Source of the DNA: Chiloscyllium plagiosum
Lineage: Eukaryota
Assembly (NCBI RefSeq): GCF_004010195.1
Contig: NC_057755.1
Span: 11,125,928 to 11,189,927 of the forward strand
Length of the DNA stretch: 64,000 bases
Direction of reading: 5' to 3'
The position numbers were made by a program, and so were the translations under genes. This document shows positions 37,326 through 50,909 of the stretch, in pieces. The notes below the pieces were generated by a model. It saw only the letters and a program-made list of their open reading frames with translations. It ran no database searches and was not told the DNA's origin. How positions within the stretch are numbered: position 1 is the first letter of the stretch; every line of letters starts with the position of its first letter.

Positions 37326-39199
37326 AAGTCCCTGTACCCACTTTCTCCTCCACCCTACCCTTAATCCCCTTTGCTTTAAGAACTGTATATAACTCCTTCT
37401 TTATAAAATTGGGACTTGGCTTCAGCCACTTTCTGCCCCAGAGAATACCACAGGCTCACCATTCCCTGGGTGAATAAATTTTTTTTCATCTCAATTCTAA
37501 ATGGCACTCCTCATATCCTTAAACTGTGGTCCCTTGTTCTTGTCTGGCCCACTATTGGGAACATCCTTCCTGCAGTCACTTTCTCTCATCCTGTTAGAAT
37601 TTAATAGATGTTTATGAGGTCGTCCCTCATTCATCTAACCTCCAGTGAATATAGTCTTAACTGATCCAGTCTCTTCATAGTTTAGTCCTGTTGGTATCCC
37701 TGGAACCGTTCCTAAGACAAGATTTCAAACTTCCAGATTAATTAATTAGTTGTTGTGTTTAGATTTCACACGATGACCCTTGACCATTAGCTTCCTTACC
37801 TTTATTCTCAGTCCCATGTGTCAGTAAATGAAAAGATCTCAGGGTTTTCAAATGAGCTGTCGAGAGCTAGGTTTCTCAGGGCGTTCAGCCAGTTATAATT
37901 ACAATTCAATACAGCACAGCAACAGGCCCTTTGGCCCACCAAGTCTGTGCTGATTCCTAGTCCTTATTTAGACCTGTTATTTGTTGCCCTGTGTGATTTC
38001 TATCCCTTTGTTCGCTTCCTGTGTGCCTGTTTCCAACACCTCTGTTGGCAGTGCTTTCCAGACACCCACCGCCTTCTGGTGAAAACTTCTCCCCAGAGTT
38101 CTCTCCTAAACTTTTGCCCTGTCATCTTGAACCTGTGGCCTCTTGTAGTTTCCAAAGTGGGGAAAGGGTCTCTGACTATGCACCCTATCTATGCCTCTCT
38201 TTTTTTTAAATCGACCTCGATCAGGTTGTACCTGTTCCCCGCCCCCCCACCCATCCTCCATCTTTCCAGTGAAAATAGTCTGAATTTTTACAATTTTGCC
38301 TCATAACTAAAAACCTGCAGACCAAGCAACATCCTGGTAAACCTTCTCTGCACACACTCCAAAGCATCCATGTCCTTCTGGGAGTGTGGCAACCAGAACT
38401 GCATGCAATACTCTAAATGTGGCCGAACTAAAATTTTATAAAACTCATTGTCATAACTCATTGGGGCAGTGTACTGGATTAGCTCCTGCAGTTAATCCTG
38501 AGGTTATCATGGAAGTTAATGTTTTAAAAGAATCTCCAAACCCAACCTGATTATCAGGTTCACAAAAACGAGCATCAGGCTTCTTACTTAACAGGAATCA
38601 ATATTGATCACAGATAAACAATCGAACTAAATCAACTCGACAAATTAAAACTCCAAAACCCTTATATATTCTTCTTTATACACACACGTGCACATATATG
38701 CACACATATACACAGACACAGACAAATAAAGACAGGGAAAACAAAAGACACATGGGCAGATGGAAAACTGGGAATACAGTTCCGTAGTCCCTGTTCACTG
38801 CATCTGTTGGGTTGTTTCTTGATGATCTGAGGGTTTCTCCTCAAGCACCCCATTTTTTCAGATGCTTCCACTTGTTCGCAAGAGACACAGGGTGATTGGT
38901 TCACCTGTGAATGGTCTCTGACTTATCCAATCTCACCTTACAAATAACTCAAATACAGTCACCTGTCTCTAAACGTTACGTCTATTTCTCTCTCCATAGG
39001 TGCTGCCAGACCTGCTGAGTTGCTCCAGCAATTTCTGGCTTTTGTTTCACAACTTTCAGCATCTGTTGAAGGAAAGATAGGTTGATCTTATTCAGGTTTA
39101 AAGTAGCTTATTGCAGAGAGCTGAGAAAATTTTTTTTTATTTGGCTACTGTAGATCTGCTGGTGACTATTCTAGTGATATGCTAAGAGGACGATGATGC

Positions 39200-41670
39200 A
39201 ACCGTAGCTGACAAGAGAAGTCAGGGGTACCATAAAAAGATAAGAAAAAGCTTTCAATATGGTGAAGATTAGTGGGATGCCATAGGATTGGGAAGCCTTT
39301 AACAAATTGGAATAAGATAACGAAATGCAATAAGGAAGGGACTAGATGAAATATGAGAATAAGCTAGCTAGTAATAAAAAAGAAAATTGCAAGAGTTTTT
39401 CTGGTTAAGCAAGGGGTAGTGGAGATGCAAGAGTGGACTTGGGACTGCTGGAAATTGAGGCTGGAGAAGTAAGAATGGGGAACAAAAAATGTCAGAGGGA
39501 TTCAATAGGTACTTTGCATCAGTTTTCACAGTGGAAGACACCAGCAGCAGACCAGAACTTCAAGAAAGTCAGAGGGCAGAGGTGAGCATAATGGGCCATC
39601 CCAAAGGAGAAAGTGTTGGGGAAGCTGAAAGGGCTGAAACTGGGTAAATAGAATATAGAACATTACAATGCAGTAAAGGCTCTTCAGCCATCGATGTTGC
39701 GCCCAACTGTGGAACCAATCTGAAGTCTATCTAACCTACACTATTCCATTCTTGTCCATATGCCTATCCAATGACCATTTAAATGCCCTTCAAGTAGGTG
39801 AGTCTATTACTGTTGCAGGTAGTTGCAGGCATGCCCCTACTACTGTCTGAGTAAAGAAACTATCTCTGACATCTGCCCTATCTATCATCCCTCAATTTAA
39901 AGCTATGCTCCCTTGTGCGAGCCATCACCATCCAATGAAAAAGGCTCTCATTGTCCAACCTATTTAAACCTCTGATTATGTTATATGTCTCAATTAAGTC
40001 ACCTCTCAAAAATCTTCTCTCTAATGAAAACAGCCTCAAGTCCCTCAGCCTTTCCTCATAAGACCTTCCTCCATACCAGGCAACATCCTAGTAAATCTCC
40101 TCTGAACTGTTTCCAAACCTTCAACATCCTTCCCATGATGGACAGAATCACCCAGAACAGATAGACTAAAGCCAGAGTTCTGAAGGAGATAGCTGAGAGA
40201 TTGTGGATGAATTGTTGGTGATCTTTCAGGAATCACTGGAGTCAGGGAGGATCCCAGAGGACTGGAATATAATGAATAAAACACCCCTGTTTATAAAAGG
40301 GAGGGAGACAGAAGGCAGGAAATAATAGGCTTGTTAGCCTGATCTCAGTCATTGGGAAGATTTTAGAATCCATCTTTAAAGGTAAGATTGCAGAGTACAT
40401 GGAAGTGCTTGGTAAAATAGGGCATCATCAAGGGGCAGTCATGCCTGACAAATCTGCTAGAATTCTTTGAGGAGGTAACAAACAAGTTAGACAAAGGAAG
40501 GCCAGTGAACATGGTCTATTTGGCTTTCCAGAGGCCTTTGACAAGGTGACATAGAGAAGGCTGTTAAATAACGTCAGAACTCATGGTGTTCAGGGCAAAG
40601 TATTGGCATGGATAGAGGATGAGCTGACTGACAGAAGACAGAGAGTGGGGCTAAAGGGGTCTTTTTCAGGATGGCAGCTGGTGACTAGTGGAGTTCCTCA
40701 GGGGTCCGTGTTTGGACGAAAACATTAACAATCTGGATGAAGGAACTGAGGCCATTGTTGCTAAATTAACTGATGAAACAAAACTAGGTGGAGGGACAGG
40801 TCGTGTTGTGGAGGTGGGGAGGCTGCAAAAGGCAGGCTTGGAGAATAGGCTAAGAAGTGGCAGACAAAATACAATATGGGAAAGTGTGAGGTCATGTACA
40901 CTGGCAGGAAGAACACAGGGTGAGGATGATTTCTAAATGGGGAAAAGGTTTGGAAATCTGAAGCACAAATGGACTGGGGAGACCTTGTTCAGGATTCTCT
41001 TGAAGTTAACATTCAGATTCAGTTTGCAGTTAAGAAAGTTAACATAATGTTAACATTCATTTCAACAGGACGAGAATACAAAAGCTGAGATGCGCTGCTG
41101 AGGCTGTATATGGTTCTGATCTGACTGTATTTGGAATATTGTGAGCAATTTTAGATTCCATATTTGGGGAAGTATGTGCTGGCGTTGGAGGGGGTCCAGA
41201 GGAGGTTTACAAGAATGATTCTGGGGATGAAGAGCTTGCCATACAGAAAGTGTTTGACGACTCTGAGTCTGTACTTTCTTGCGTTTAGAAAGATGGGGGG
41301 AGTCTGGTTGAAACTTACAGAATACTGAGAGGCGTGGATATGGAGGTGGAAATGGAGAAGGTCTTTCCACCAGTTAGAGAGACTCGGGTCCAAGGGCACA
41401 GCCTCGGGGTGAAGGGACAACCCTTTAGAACTGAGATGAGGAGAAATTTCTTCAGCCAGAGGGTGGTAAGTCTGTGGAACTCATTGCTGCAGGAAGGCTG
41501 GGGAGACAAGTCATTTAAGGAAGATAGAGATAGGTTGTTGATGGATGAGATGATCAAGGTTGCAAGGAGAAAGCAAGAGAACAAGGTTTGTAAATATATC
41601 AGCTATGACTGAATGGTGGATCAGATTCAATGGGCTGAATGGCCTAAATCTGCATTTATTTCTTGTGGTA
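39200..41670 (+). mobile_element. Degenerate CR1 ORF2 with an inverted CR1 tail inserted at ~39648-40140
   Basis: RT motifs and RRNFFSQRVVSLWN; inner minus-strand piece LETVQRRFTRMLPGM. Confidence 0.85.
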
Positions 41671-42299
41671 TATCCAGCCTCTCTCTGCCTTGTTCATAGC
41701 CTAAGCTGTTCAGTTACCTGATAACCAATCGTTTTCCTGTTGAAAGACAGAGGACCTTTGTCATTGGTCATTGCTCCCTTGTCCATAAACCAACCAGCTT
41801 CACTTGTAAACAACTCCCTTAGTTCGAGTTCATCTGAACATTGTTGGAAACGACAGTTCTACAAACAAGGTTCACACCATGCATCAAGTTCCTTACTTTC
41901 AAACCATTGTAAACTCCTGGGTCAAAACACTTCTGTTTCATTTTAGTCCACAGTTCGAAAAAGCATCAAAATGTAAGGAAAATGATACAGCTTTTGCACC
42001 ATTTAGTGCAGCGGGAAGTGATGCCACTGAGATATAGAAAATTCTTGAATGGCTAAATATTGAAAGGGAAGAGAAAGCAATTTATTGACCTCAAACCAAC
42101 AAATAGCATATTATTGCCGTCAGGCTGTTTGCTCAATGATCCTATAATGTGGACTTCAAATATGAGGGATAACTATCTAAGATTGTTCAGCACTTGCGGA
42201 GGATGCTTGGGGAGATTGACAAGATTGGAAGCATGAGTGAGAAATTCAGATGCTATGGAAAGATTGAAAAAAGGGGATTGTTCTCAGATTAGAGAAGGT

Positions 42300-42880
42300 T
42301 AATGCATATCACATGGACTGTTCCCGATCTGGAAGTTACTGAACGTACTCCACCTTTCCGCACTTGCAAAAACACATACTACACTGTCCAACATGCGATG
42401 TGGTTTTGCAATTGGGCAGCATTTACTGGATAATCCCGAGTGTGTGAAGAATTATGTGGACAGCCAGTTTCGGATTGTTAGTGTCACAGTGTGGTGGATC
42501 TGTATGAACTGCAGCCTAAATGCACAGGACTCTCTTCTTTGCAGAGGGAGAGAACATGTAGATGTTCTGTTCCTGTTTCAAATCAACAAAATCAATTATA
42601 GCCTTTTGCTGGTTTACTTTTTAAGGCAATACCCTGATCAATGGGGATTGCCTGATTTAAAATTGAAATGAAGCCTGACAGGTAACTATCGATCAGCATT
42701 AATGGGTGCATTATCCATCACAATAACTCTATGAATCCACTTCATAGTCCACTTGCCAACAAATAAACTATTTCCTCTTGTGCTTTATACATGATGGTTT
42801 TACCTTGGATCTGATATTCTTACAAAATGTCCTGATGAGTGTAAGATCAAAAGCTTTGACAAAATATTCCTTTTTCTGCA
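42300..42880 (+). mobile_element. Old Penelope-like 3' remnant
   Basis: AIGQHLLDNPECVKNY (after the GIY-YIG domain), then cCTGATGAgtgtaagatcaaaagctt at 42832. Confidence 0.65.
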
Positions 42881-42961
42881 AAGCGATAGAAGAGATTCAG
42901 TTAAGGCAATCAGAATCACAATGAACCATAACAACTTCACAAAGTGGGAACTGAAGTGGTG

Positions 42962-43382
42962 CCTTTAAGAGATTGTGCTTGGCAGTTTGCAAGCATTGTG
43001 CAGAGAGAAGGGCACAGGCCCTTCCTGAAGAAGGGCCTGTGCCCGAAACGTCGAATCTCCTGTTCCCTAGATGCTGCCTGACCTGCTGTGCTGTTCCAGC
43101 AATAAAGCTTCAACTTTGATCTCCAGCATCTGCAGACCTCACTTTCTCCTTGTGCAGAGAGACCCAAACTTGAAACAAATATATTAAAAGACTTTTCAGG
43201 TAGCATGCCCAAGCAGCATTTTTACCCAGACAACAGTTTAAATCCAGCCTTTAAGAGATTGTGCTTGGCAGTTTGCAAGCATTGTGCAGAGAGACCCAAA
43301 CTTGAAATAAATATATTAAAAGACTTTTCAGGTAGCATGCCCAAGCAGCATTTTTACCCAGACAACAGTTTAAATCCAGCCA
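42962..43382. repeat. ~133-bp tandem duplication; the first unit carries the PLE insertion
   Basis: cctttaagagattgtgcttggc...tttaaatccagcc occurs twice. Confidence 0.85.
43022..43055 (+). ncRNA. Minimal type-I hammerhead ribozyme motif within a PLE pLTR insertion (43009-43149, 13-bp TSD)
   Basis: TTC-CTGAAGA-A-GGGC[CTGT]GCCC-GAAAC-GTC^GAA: intact core, stem II, palindromic stem III, and TTC/GAA stem I. TSD ttgtgcagagaga at 42996-43008 and 43150-43162. Confidence 0.7.
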
Positions 43383-43573
43383 ATTAATTTTAAAAAAAAC
43401 ACTCAGAAACTAAGGACCAATTAGATCCAAATCTTTGTTTTGACTACCTTGAACCAATCCGATTATAAAGAAATTAATACATCATCATGGATATAAAAGA
43501 TACAGCTATTTGAAAATTAAGAGAGAGTTAATTGTCACCTCAGGAGTAAATATCGGGCTCTCTCAGAAATCTT

Positions 43574-44165
43574 TGTTAGAAACAAGTTTAATAAAATTTA
43601 GACGAGACCACCAAAACTGAAACAAGACAATTTATTCTATGATCTTGCAAGAAAGGGCATCAAATGCAGAAGCAAATGAGCAAATTAGAACTTAGGTTAG
43701 TGTATAGTTATACCCTTTGAGCTAAGTGAGGTCATCTCTCCAGACTCCTAATTACTCAATCTCTCTTACTGTACCAGACCACTGCCCAGCTGCACTCCAC
43801 CCTTATTACTTCCCCCTCCCCCAGGGTGGCAAACTTCCTTTCTCTAAATGCTGACACATACATTTATTTTGTCAAGATCTGGTTTAACAATTCTGCTGGT
43901 ACATTCCATCCTCGGACGTTTCATTAACTTGTATCATTTTGTATAGCTCAAGCATTTCAGTTATCTCAGCTTTTTGCTGAAAGCATAATTTTACAAAAAG
44001 AACTTTTTGTTATAGTAATTACACACCAAAGTTAGTATTTAATTAACCACAATTATACACTGAAAAGTCCCTAAATACCTGCATAGTTAATAGTTCTCTT
44101 GCTGTACCCCTTTTCTCTATGTTTTTCTATATTTGCAAAAACAACACTTTACCTCATTTCTAACA
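43574..44165. mobile_element. Solo LTR
   Basis: TGTTAGAAA...TTTCTAACA terminal inverted repeat and a 4-bp TSD tctt on both sides. Confidence 0.8.
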
Positions 44166-45149
44166 TCTTTAAGCTCTGATTAAGTTCCATCCAAAGGTAC
44201 TCGGGCACTCCTACTTAATATTCCCAAACACAATTAATTAAACTAAAGCATTTGACAAAGAAAGACATTTGTGATGTGAAATCAATGGAAGGAAGATTGG
44301 AGGTAAAGCATAGACTGTGCGAATTTAGAGAGATTAAGTTCTAATTTATTATTTTGTTATTAATTGGCTTCATGCGAGTGGGAATTGCATTTACTTGAAC
44401 AGCATTCATTCCAGTAGAATTTGGTTCAGTTAGGGATTAGCTAATACTGAGGGGAAATTGTTCAGTTTCATAGTAATTCTGTTAATTTGTTCACTGCTGG
44501 AATTAGACACATAAATTTTTACTTGTTAATTGTAGAGTGAGTGAAATGATTTCATTTCATTTAACTGCTCCTTTATAATGTATTAGGGTTATAGCCCTTG
44601 TCACACTTGTTTATCAGATTATGAGGTCGGGTGATCTTCTCTGGGTGTGTCAGTTTTAATTATCAGAGGGGTGTCAACCTCCTCTTTGTAACAGTAATGA
44701 AAGGATATTGATTTTCAAGAATTGCTATCGACTGGGACATAGAGATAATGATAGATGGTCTTACACAGTGAATTGCTGTAACACAGAATGTGTGGTCAGA
44801 AACAGTGATGGAAACGGCCAAAAAAGAATTGGATAAACCTTGAAAGGCTGACATTTAATGTGATGGGGGCTAAAGAGTAGGAGATTCACAGGAAAGAAAT
44901 TGGTCTTTCAAATGTAACCACAGTTTCTTACTTTATGATTGGACTGTGGACTAAAGAGAGGAAAACACTGCTTTAAATCAAGGAGACTGCCGTTTTCAAA
45001 ACTATGTTGACTGGAGCAGATCGTGAGGTAAAATCAAAAGCTCACTTTTGTTTTCTCTCTGGAACAGTGAGAGTGAAAGCAAGCACTATGGAGCTGATGG
45101 ATTGTGCACTAAGGGACAGTTGCCTGGCAACAGTATTCTCATTGGCTTC

Positions 45150-45352
45150 GAAAATGCTGGAAAATCTCAGCAGGTCTGGCAGCATTTTTTTTTTACTTAG
45201 ATTACTTACAGTGTGGAAACAGGCCCTTCGAACCCGGGTCTCTGGCGCTGTGAGGCAGCAGTGCTAACCACTGTGCCACCGTGCCGCCCCCAAATCTGTA
45301 AGGAGAGAAAAGAGCTGACGTTTCGAGTCTAACTGACCCTTTGTCAAAGCAT
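45150..45352 (-). mobile_element. PLE pLTR fragment interrupted by an internally deleted HE1 SINE (~45186-45290)
   Basis: Minus strand GCTTTGACAAAGGGTCAGTTAGACTCGAAACGTCAGC; the SINE tail is fused directly to the SINE head. Confidence 0.7.
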
Positions 45353-46274
45353 TTATTTTCTTGTTAATTCCACAAACCTGGTGAACATTGCCTTTTCACC
45401 TGAGTTAGTCTGCCTGGTGAACTGGGGATTTTGGACTGTTAAAACACAGCTTATCGCATTTTGTTACACAGTTACAGGAAGAGTAGGGCTTGATGTGTGG
45501 TGAGTTGTGACATAAAGAACTATCCATATTTGATGGACCAAACCATCAGCTTCTGCATTTCATCATTTTATATTTCACAAATAATTTTATTGCAACTACT
45601 TCTGCAAACCAATAGTTGCCTCATATCAACTCTTACGTCATTCTGATATCTGTTATTATAAATGAGATGAAAGGAGTATGCTGTCTTTCTCTGACCTCAC
45701 TTCCCGACACGTCTCAACATAAATTTAAAAATATGTTATCCAAGTCCAAATTCAAAGCTTGACACCATCCAGGCCAAAGCAGTGCCCGCTTGATTGGCAC
45801 CACACCCACAAACATCCACTTCTTCCACCAGTGATGCTGAGTAGCAGATTTTCCTGCTCCTCAGATGCTGCCCGACCTGCTGTGCTTTTCCAGCACCACT
45901 CTAATCTAGAGTCTGGTTTCCAGCATCTGCAGTCATCATTTTTACCAAGCTGAGTAGCAGCACTGTGTACCAGCTTCAAGATGCTCTGTGGAAATTCACC
46001 AAAGATCCTCAGGCAGCACCTTCCAAGCCCATGACAATATCCATCTAGAAGGACAAAGACAGCAAATACAGTGGAATACCAGCCCCTGCACATTCCCCTT
46101 CCAGACACACACGATTGTCACTTGGAAATATATCACTTTTGGATAAGATGGTGGCAGAGTGCGGTGCTCCAGCTGGAGCTTCTCCTCGTCAGCTCCTTCT
46201 CCTCTTCCTTCCTTTCACTCTTGCTGCAGTTTTACTTCCACCCCTTCCCTCCTTAACTTCATAAAGTACCCTAC

Positions 46275-46670
46275 CCGGAGGGACTGGAGAACAGAGACCA
46301 GTCCTGGGCTGGAGACTGGAGTGGGAAGCAGAGCAAGTACAGGCCGGAGCCTGGAGCAGGGAAGCAGAAAAAGCACGGGCCAGACCCTGGAGCTGGGGAG
46401 CAGCGAGAGCACAGAACGGAGCTGGGAGCAAGGAGAGAGCCCGGGCTGGAGCCTGGAGCTGGGGAGCACAGGCCGGAGCCTGGAGCTGGGGAGCAGAGAG
46501 AGAGCACGGGCCGGAGCCTGGAGCAGAGAGAGAGCACGGGCCGGAGCCTGGAGCAGAGAGAGAGCACAGGCCGGAGCCTGGAGCTGGGGAGCAGAGACAG
46601 AGCACAGGCCGGAGCCCGGAACTGGGGAGCAAGGAAAGAGCACGGGCTGGAGCCCAGACCGGGGAGCAGA
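46275..46670. repeat. GC-rich minisatellite (ggccggagcctggagctggggagcagagagagagcac variants)
   Basis: Visible 29-37-bp variant units. Confidence 0.85.
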
Positions 46671-46869
46671 GAAAGGAATGAAAGTGCTCCAGCTAAGTTT
46701 GTGGATGACCGGTTAAGTGAGTTGGCCAAACCTTGACAGAATATAATGTGTGGATAATGTAAGGGAATGTACTTTGTAAGGAAGAATAGTGGAACTGAAT
46801 ACTCTGCCTTGAAGTGATATGCTCATCATATCATCAACATATCCAAATATTGGACCTGAGCGTACAGAG

Positions 46870-48005
46870 GTCTCAGACTCCATCTTACTTCAGTCATTTG
46901 AGATATTCCCAATTATTCATTGTTCTCAACTCCTCCACCTCTGCCGCATCTGTTCCCAGGATAATCAATTCCACCTAATAAAATCCCAGATAGCCTCCTT
47001 CTTCCAAGATTGCATTTTCGCTTCCCAAATAGTTGACAATGTCCTCCATTGTATCTCCTTCAATTCCTGCACTACCGTCCTTAAACCCCACCCCTCCCAA
47101 CGCAACAAGGACAGAATCTCCCTGGTCCTCACCTTCACACCACCAACCTCCGCAGACATCCCATCATCCTCCGCCACTTCTGCCATCTCCAAATGGACCC
47201 CATCACCAGAGATATATTTCCCTCCCCTATCAGTGTTCCAGAGAGACTATTCCCTCTGCGACTCCCTCGTCAGGTCCACGCACCCCACCAGCCTACACCC
47301 CATTCCTGGCACCTTTCTCTGCCACCGCAGGAAGTGCAAAACCTGTGCCCACACCACTCCCCTCACCTCCGCCCAGAGCCCCAAAGAATCCTTCCACAGC
47401 CAACAGAAACTTACCTGTACCTGAACCATTGTCATTTACTGTAACCATTGCACCCAATGTGGTCTCCTGTATACTGGGGAGAAAGGACGCCTTCTTGTGG
47501 GCCATTTCAGAGAACATCTCTGGGACTCCCACACCCACCAGCCCCACACTCCATGGCTGAACACTTCAATGCCCCCTCCCGCTTCCTCAAGAATATACAA
47601 GTCCTGGGCCTCTTCCACCGCCAAACCATTACCACCCAACGCCTGAAGGAAGAATACCTCTTGTTCCACCTTCGGACCCTGCAACCACGCAGGATAAATA
47701 TGGATTTCAACAGTTTCCTCATTTCCCACCCAGCCACCCCCATGTTATACTAGTCCCAAGCCTCCAACTTGGTACCGCCCTCCTGATCTGTCCATCACCT
47801 TTTCCATCTAAATGCTCCATGCACCCTGACCTATCACGTTTTCCGTCACCTTCATCTTCCCATCGCTTACCCAGCTACCTTCCTCCAACCCCACCTGGCC
47901 CACCCACAAACCTCATTCCTGATGAAGGACCTATGCCCGAAACATTGATTCTCCTGCTCCTCGGATGCTGCCTGACCTGTTGTGCGTTTCTAGCAGTCCA
48001 CACTT
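46870..48005 (+). mobile_element. Penelope-like element 3' half (RT thumb/linker, GIY-YIG, pLTR)
   Basis: SQLLHLCRICS, RNKDRISLVLTF, GTFLCHRRKCKTC; pLTR CTGATGAAGGACCTATGCCCGAAAC at 47919. Confidence 0.85.
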
Positions 48006-49439
48006 GACTCAGTCATTTGAAGCATGACACGCTGATGAAATCTGTCACTGAATAGTCTAAGGCTGGCCTAGATATTTTTGTCCCTGTGAATGTAATGTTT
48101 GTGTGTAACGGTTTGATGGTGGTGAACTCTTCAATACCCCATTACCCATGTTTAGGTCTTTTGCTACAAGGAATCACAAATCATTACCGCATCAGGTGCA
48201 TATACCTTGCTGAAAGGAAAATGCACATGATGATTAGCAAAGCAGGCCATTAGGAAGGAAACTCAACTGGACATCAAAGTGTTTGTATATTCATCATTAT
48301 CAATTTCTCTGAGTAAAGCAGACAGAGCTTATTTCTTTTTGGTTAAACGGTAATTTCTTTCAAGCTAGTTCAAACTCCTAACCATTACCTTGTAAATACA
48401 AGCAATGTTAAGGATTGCTGTCCTGTACTGAGACAATGAACAAATTGTTTCTCTCTCCCCATGAAATAGCAGGACTGACAGGATACATTCTGCTTTATTT
48501 TTAAAGAATGGTAGTTCAACGTTCCTAACAGCACAGCTCCCAAAGTCTTCTGAGAGAAAATACAGGTACTAAAACAGTAAAAAGTGGTTTTGACGCTAGC
48601 AAGCCTTACTTGTATCCAGTGAATGGTTTTGTCGTATTTTCTCGCAACCAGCCCAAAGCTGTCCAGCATTTCTTGCCAGCGGTAAATCTTGTGGCAGCAG
48701 CCACGACACTCCTCACAATTTAAAAGGCCTAGTCATACCCCAGAGCAAAACACAGATGATGCATGTGATGGTCCCCCACCATAACAAACAAAGAATTTGT
48801 TAAAGACTGACACATCAATGAGGTTCAGAGCCAATCAAATCTCAGGGGATATCTCAGCTTTCAAGCTGAAGATTGCCACCACACTCAAAACATTAACTCT
48901 GTTTCTCTCTCAGCAGATACTGCCTGAGGTTTCTCCAGTACGCTGTGTGTTTCCTGACAAGTCACATTAACAGCATTAGCTGATGCAAAGCTTTCCCATA
49001 CCATGGACATCATACGTCCTGACAGGGAGGTGTACACTCCTTAAAAGTTGATATCAGGAGAAAAGCTGGTGCCAATCTTTTGCCACTCAATGTAACCATG
49101 AAACCACACAAAATCAGAACAGGGAGAGGCCATTCAGCCCCTTAAACTTGCTCTACTATTCAACAAAAGCCACTTTCCTGCCTTTTCCCTATATATTCCC
49201 CTATTGATCAAGAATCTATCTACTTCTGTCATAAATGCACACAAGGACATTCCCCCATAACTTCCTGTGCCAAGTGTTCCAAAGAGACTCATTCCTCTGA
49301 CAGATGAAATTCTTCCTCATCTCCACCTTGAATTGGTGGACCTTCATCCTGAGACGATGCCTCCTGATCTCAGACTGTCCCAATGGGGGGAAACACCCTC
49401 TAAGCATTTACCCAAATTAGCAGTCGACTTAATGACAGT

Positions 49440-49880
49440 GCATGGGGAAGGTCATCTCTTTGTGACAGATCACTGACCCAGATTTCCCCATCGCTCGATG
49501 ACCTTCATTGACGCTCAAATCTCTGTTTCCTGAGTATTCAGGAAACCAGATCAGGTGGAGTCTGACAGTGGGCAGTGTATCACAGGCAAACCAACTGAAG
49601 ATATGTGTACAAAGCCGGGAGTGACCCATATCACCTCATCACTCCACTATCCTCACACAAACGGACTTACAGCAGACAGTGTCAATGCTATCAAATAGAA
49701 GATCATTGTGTCGAGCAAGAGAACATGATTTCCACATTGCATTGCTGCATTTTGCATATAACACCAACGGGGAAGGATTTGCTATCTTCAGTACACAGGC
49801 AACTGTGAATAACCTTCCTCAAAAAAACCAATTGTCTCATCACTCTGAGATACAGACTGTTCCTTTCAGTGAGGAGCTCA
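49440..49880 (+). mobile_element. Highly degenerate Gypsy integrase remnant
   Basis: GVTHITSSLHYPHTNGL and DFHIALLH resemble the HxTSSPxYPQSNG core. Confidence 0.55.
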
Positions 49881-49937
49881 TGGCCCAGCAGTATTAGTGA
49901 GATTATTAATCCAGATACTCATCTATTGGTTTGGGGA

Positions 49938-50225
49938 CAAAAACAGAAATTGCTGGAAAAGCTCAAAGTTAAAAATCACACAACACCAGGTTATAGTCCA
50001 ACAGGTTTAATTGGAAGCACACTAGGTGATGAAGGGACGATGCTCTGAAAGCTAGTGTGCTTCCAATTAAACCTGTTGGACTATAACCTGATGTTGAGAT
50101 TTTTAACTTTGTACACCCCAGTCCAACACCTGCATCTCCAAATCATGGAAAAGCTCAGTAAGTCTGGCAACATCTGTGAAGAGAAGTCAAAATTAATGTT
50201 TCGGGTCTGGTGATCCCTCCTTAGA
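49938..50225. mobile_element. PLE hairpin (49966-50145) nested in another PLE pLTR
   Basis: Inverted arms around TGATGAAGGG..GCTCTGAAAGCTAG; 12-bp TSD tggaaaagctca at 49954-49965 and 50146-50157. Confidence 0.75.
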
Positions 50226-50269
50226 AAATAATTCCTACTGCTTGTTATAGCCTCCTGGAACTGCCACAG

Positions 50270-50908
50270 GCTCTCTCTCACACACAAATCTTTAATTATC
50301 TCTCCTCTGCTGGACTCTCTCTGTATCACACGCACACACACTCTCTCTCACATGCAAATCTTTACTTATCTCCCTCTGCTGGACTCTCTCACACACACAC
50401 ACACACAAATCTTGATTAATCTCTCTGTATCACAGACACTCTCACTCATACACAAATCTTTAATAATCTTCTCTCTGATACAATCAGTGAATCACAATCT
50501 CTCATACAGACAAATATTTAATAATCTTCTCTCTGCTGGACTCTTTCTCTATCACTCATACCCACTCACTCTCACATCCAGATCTTTAATAATCTTCCCT
50601 CTGCTGGATGGTGTCTGAATACAATCTCTTACACACACAAATCTTTAACAATCTCCTTTCTGCTGAACTCTCCCTACATCACACTCTCTTTCACACACAC
50701 AAATCTTAAATAATCTCCCATCTGCTATGATCTCTGTGTCACACTACCTCATTCACAGACACAGAAATCTGTAATAATCTCCATTCTGCTGGACTCTCGC
50801 TCACACGCAAACCTTTGATAATCTGCCCTCTATTGGTCTCTCTCTGTATCTCACACTTGTTCACACACAAACCTTTGATAATCTGCCCTTTTGGACTCTG
50901 TATCTCAG
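50270..50908. repeat. Degenerate ~45-65-bp minisatellite (cacacaaatctttaataatctccctctgctggactctct)
   Basis: Recurring aaatctttaataatct and ctgctggactct motifs. Confidence 0.8.
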
Positions 50909-50909
50909 A

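Noticed and set aside
35990..37866. Further possible exons of the candidate minus-strand gene (~37866-37800 and ~36102-36047)
   Set aside because: The in-phase acceptor is weak and the frame choice is arbitrary, so they were left out of the chain.
46159..46729. Several overlapping 140-185-aa ORFs
   Set aside because: They are driven by a GC-rich minisatellite and have no domain motifs.
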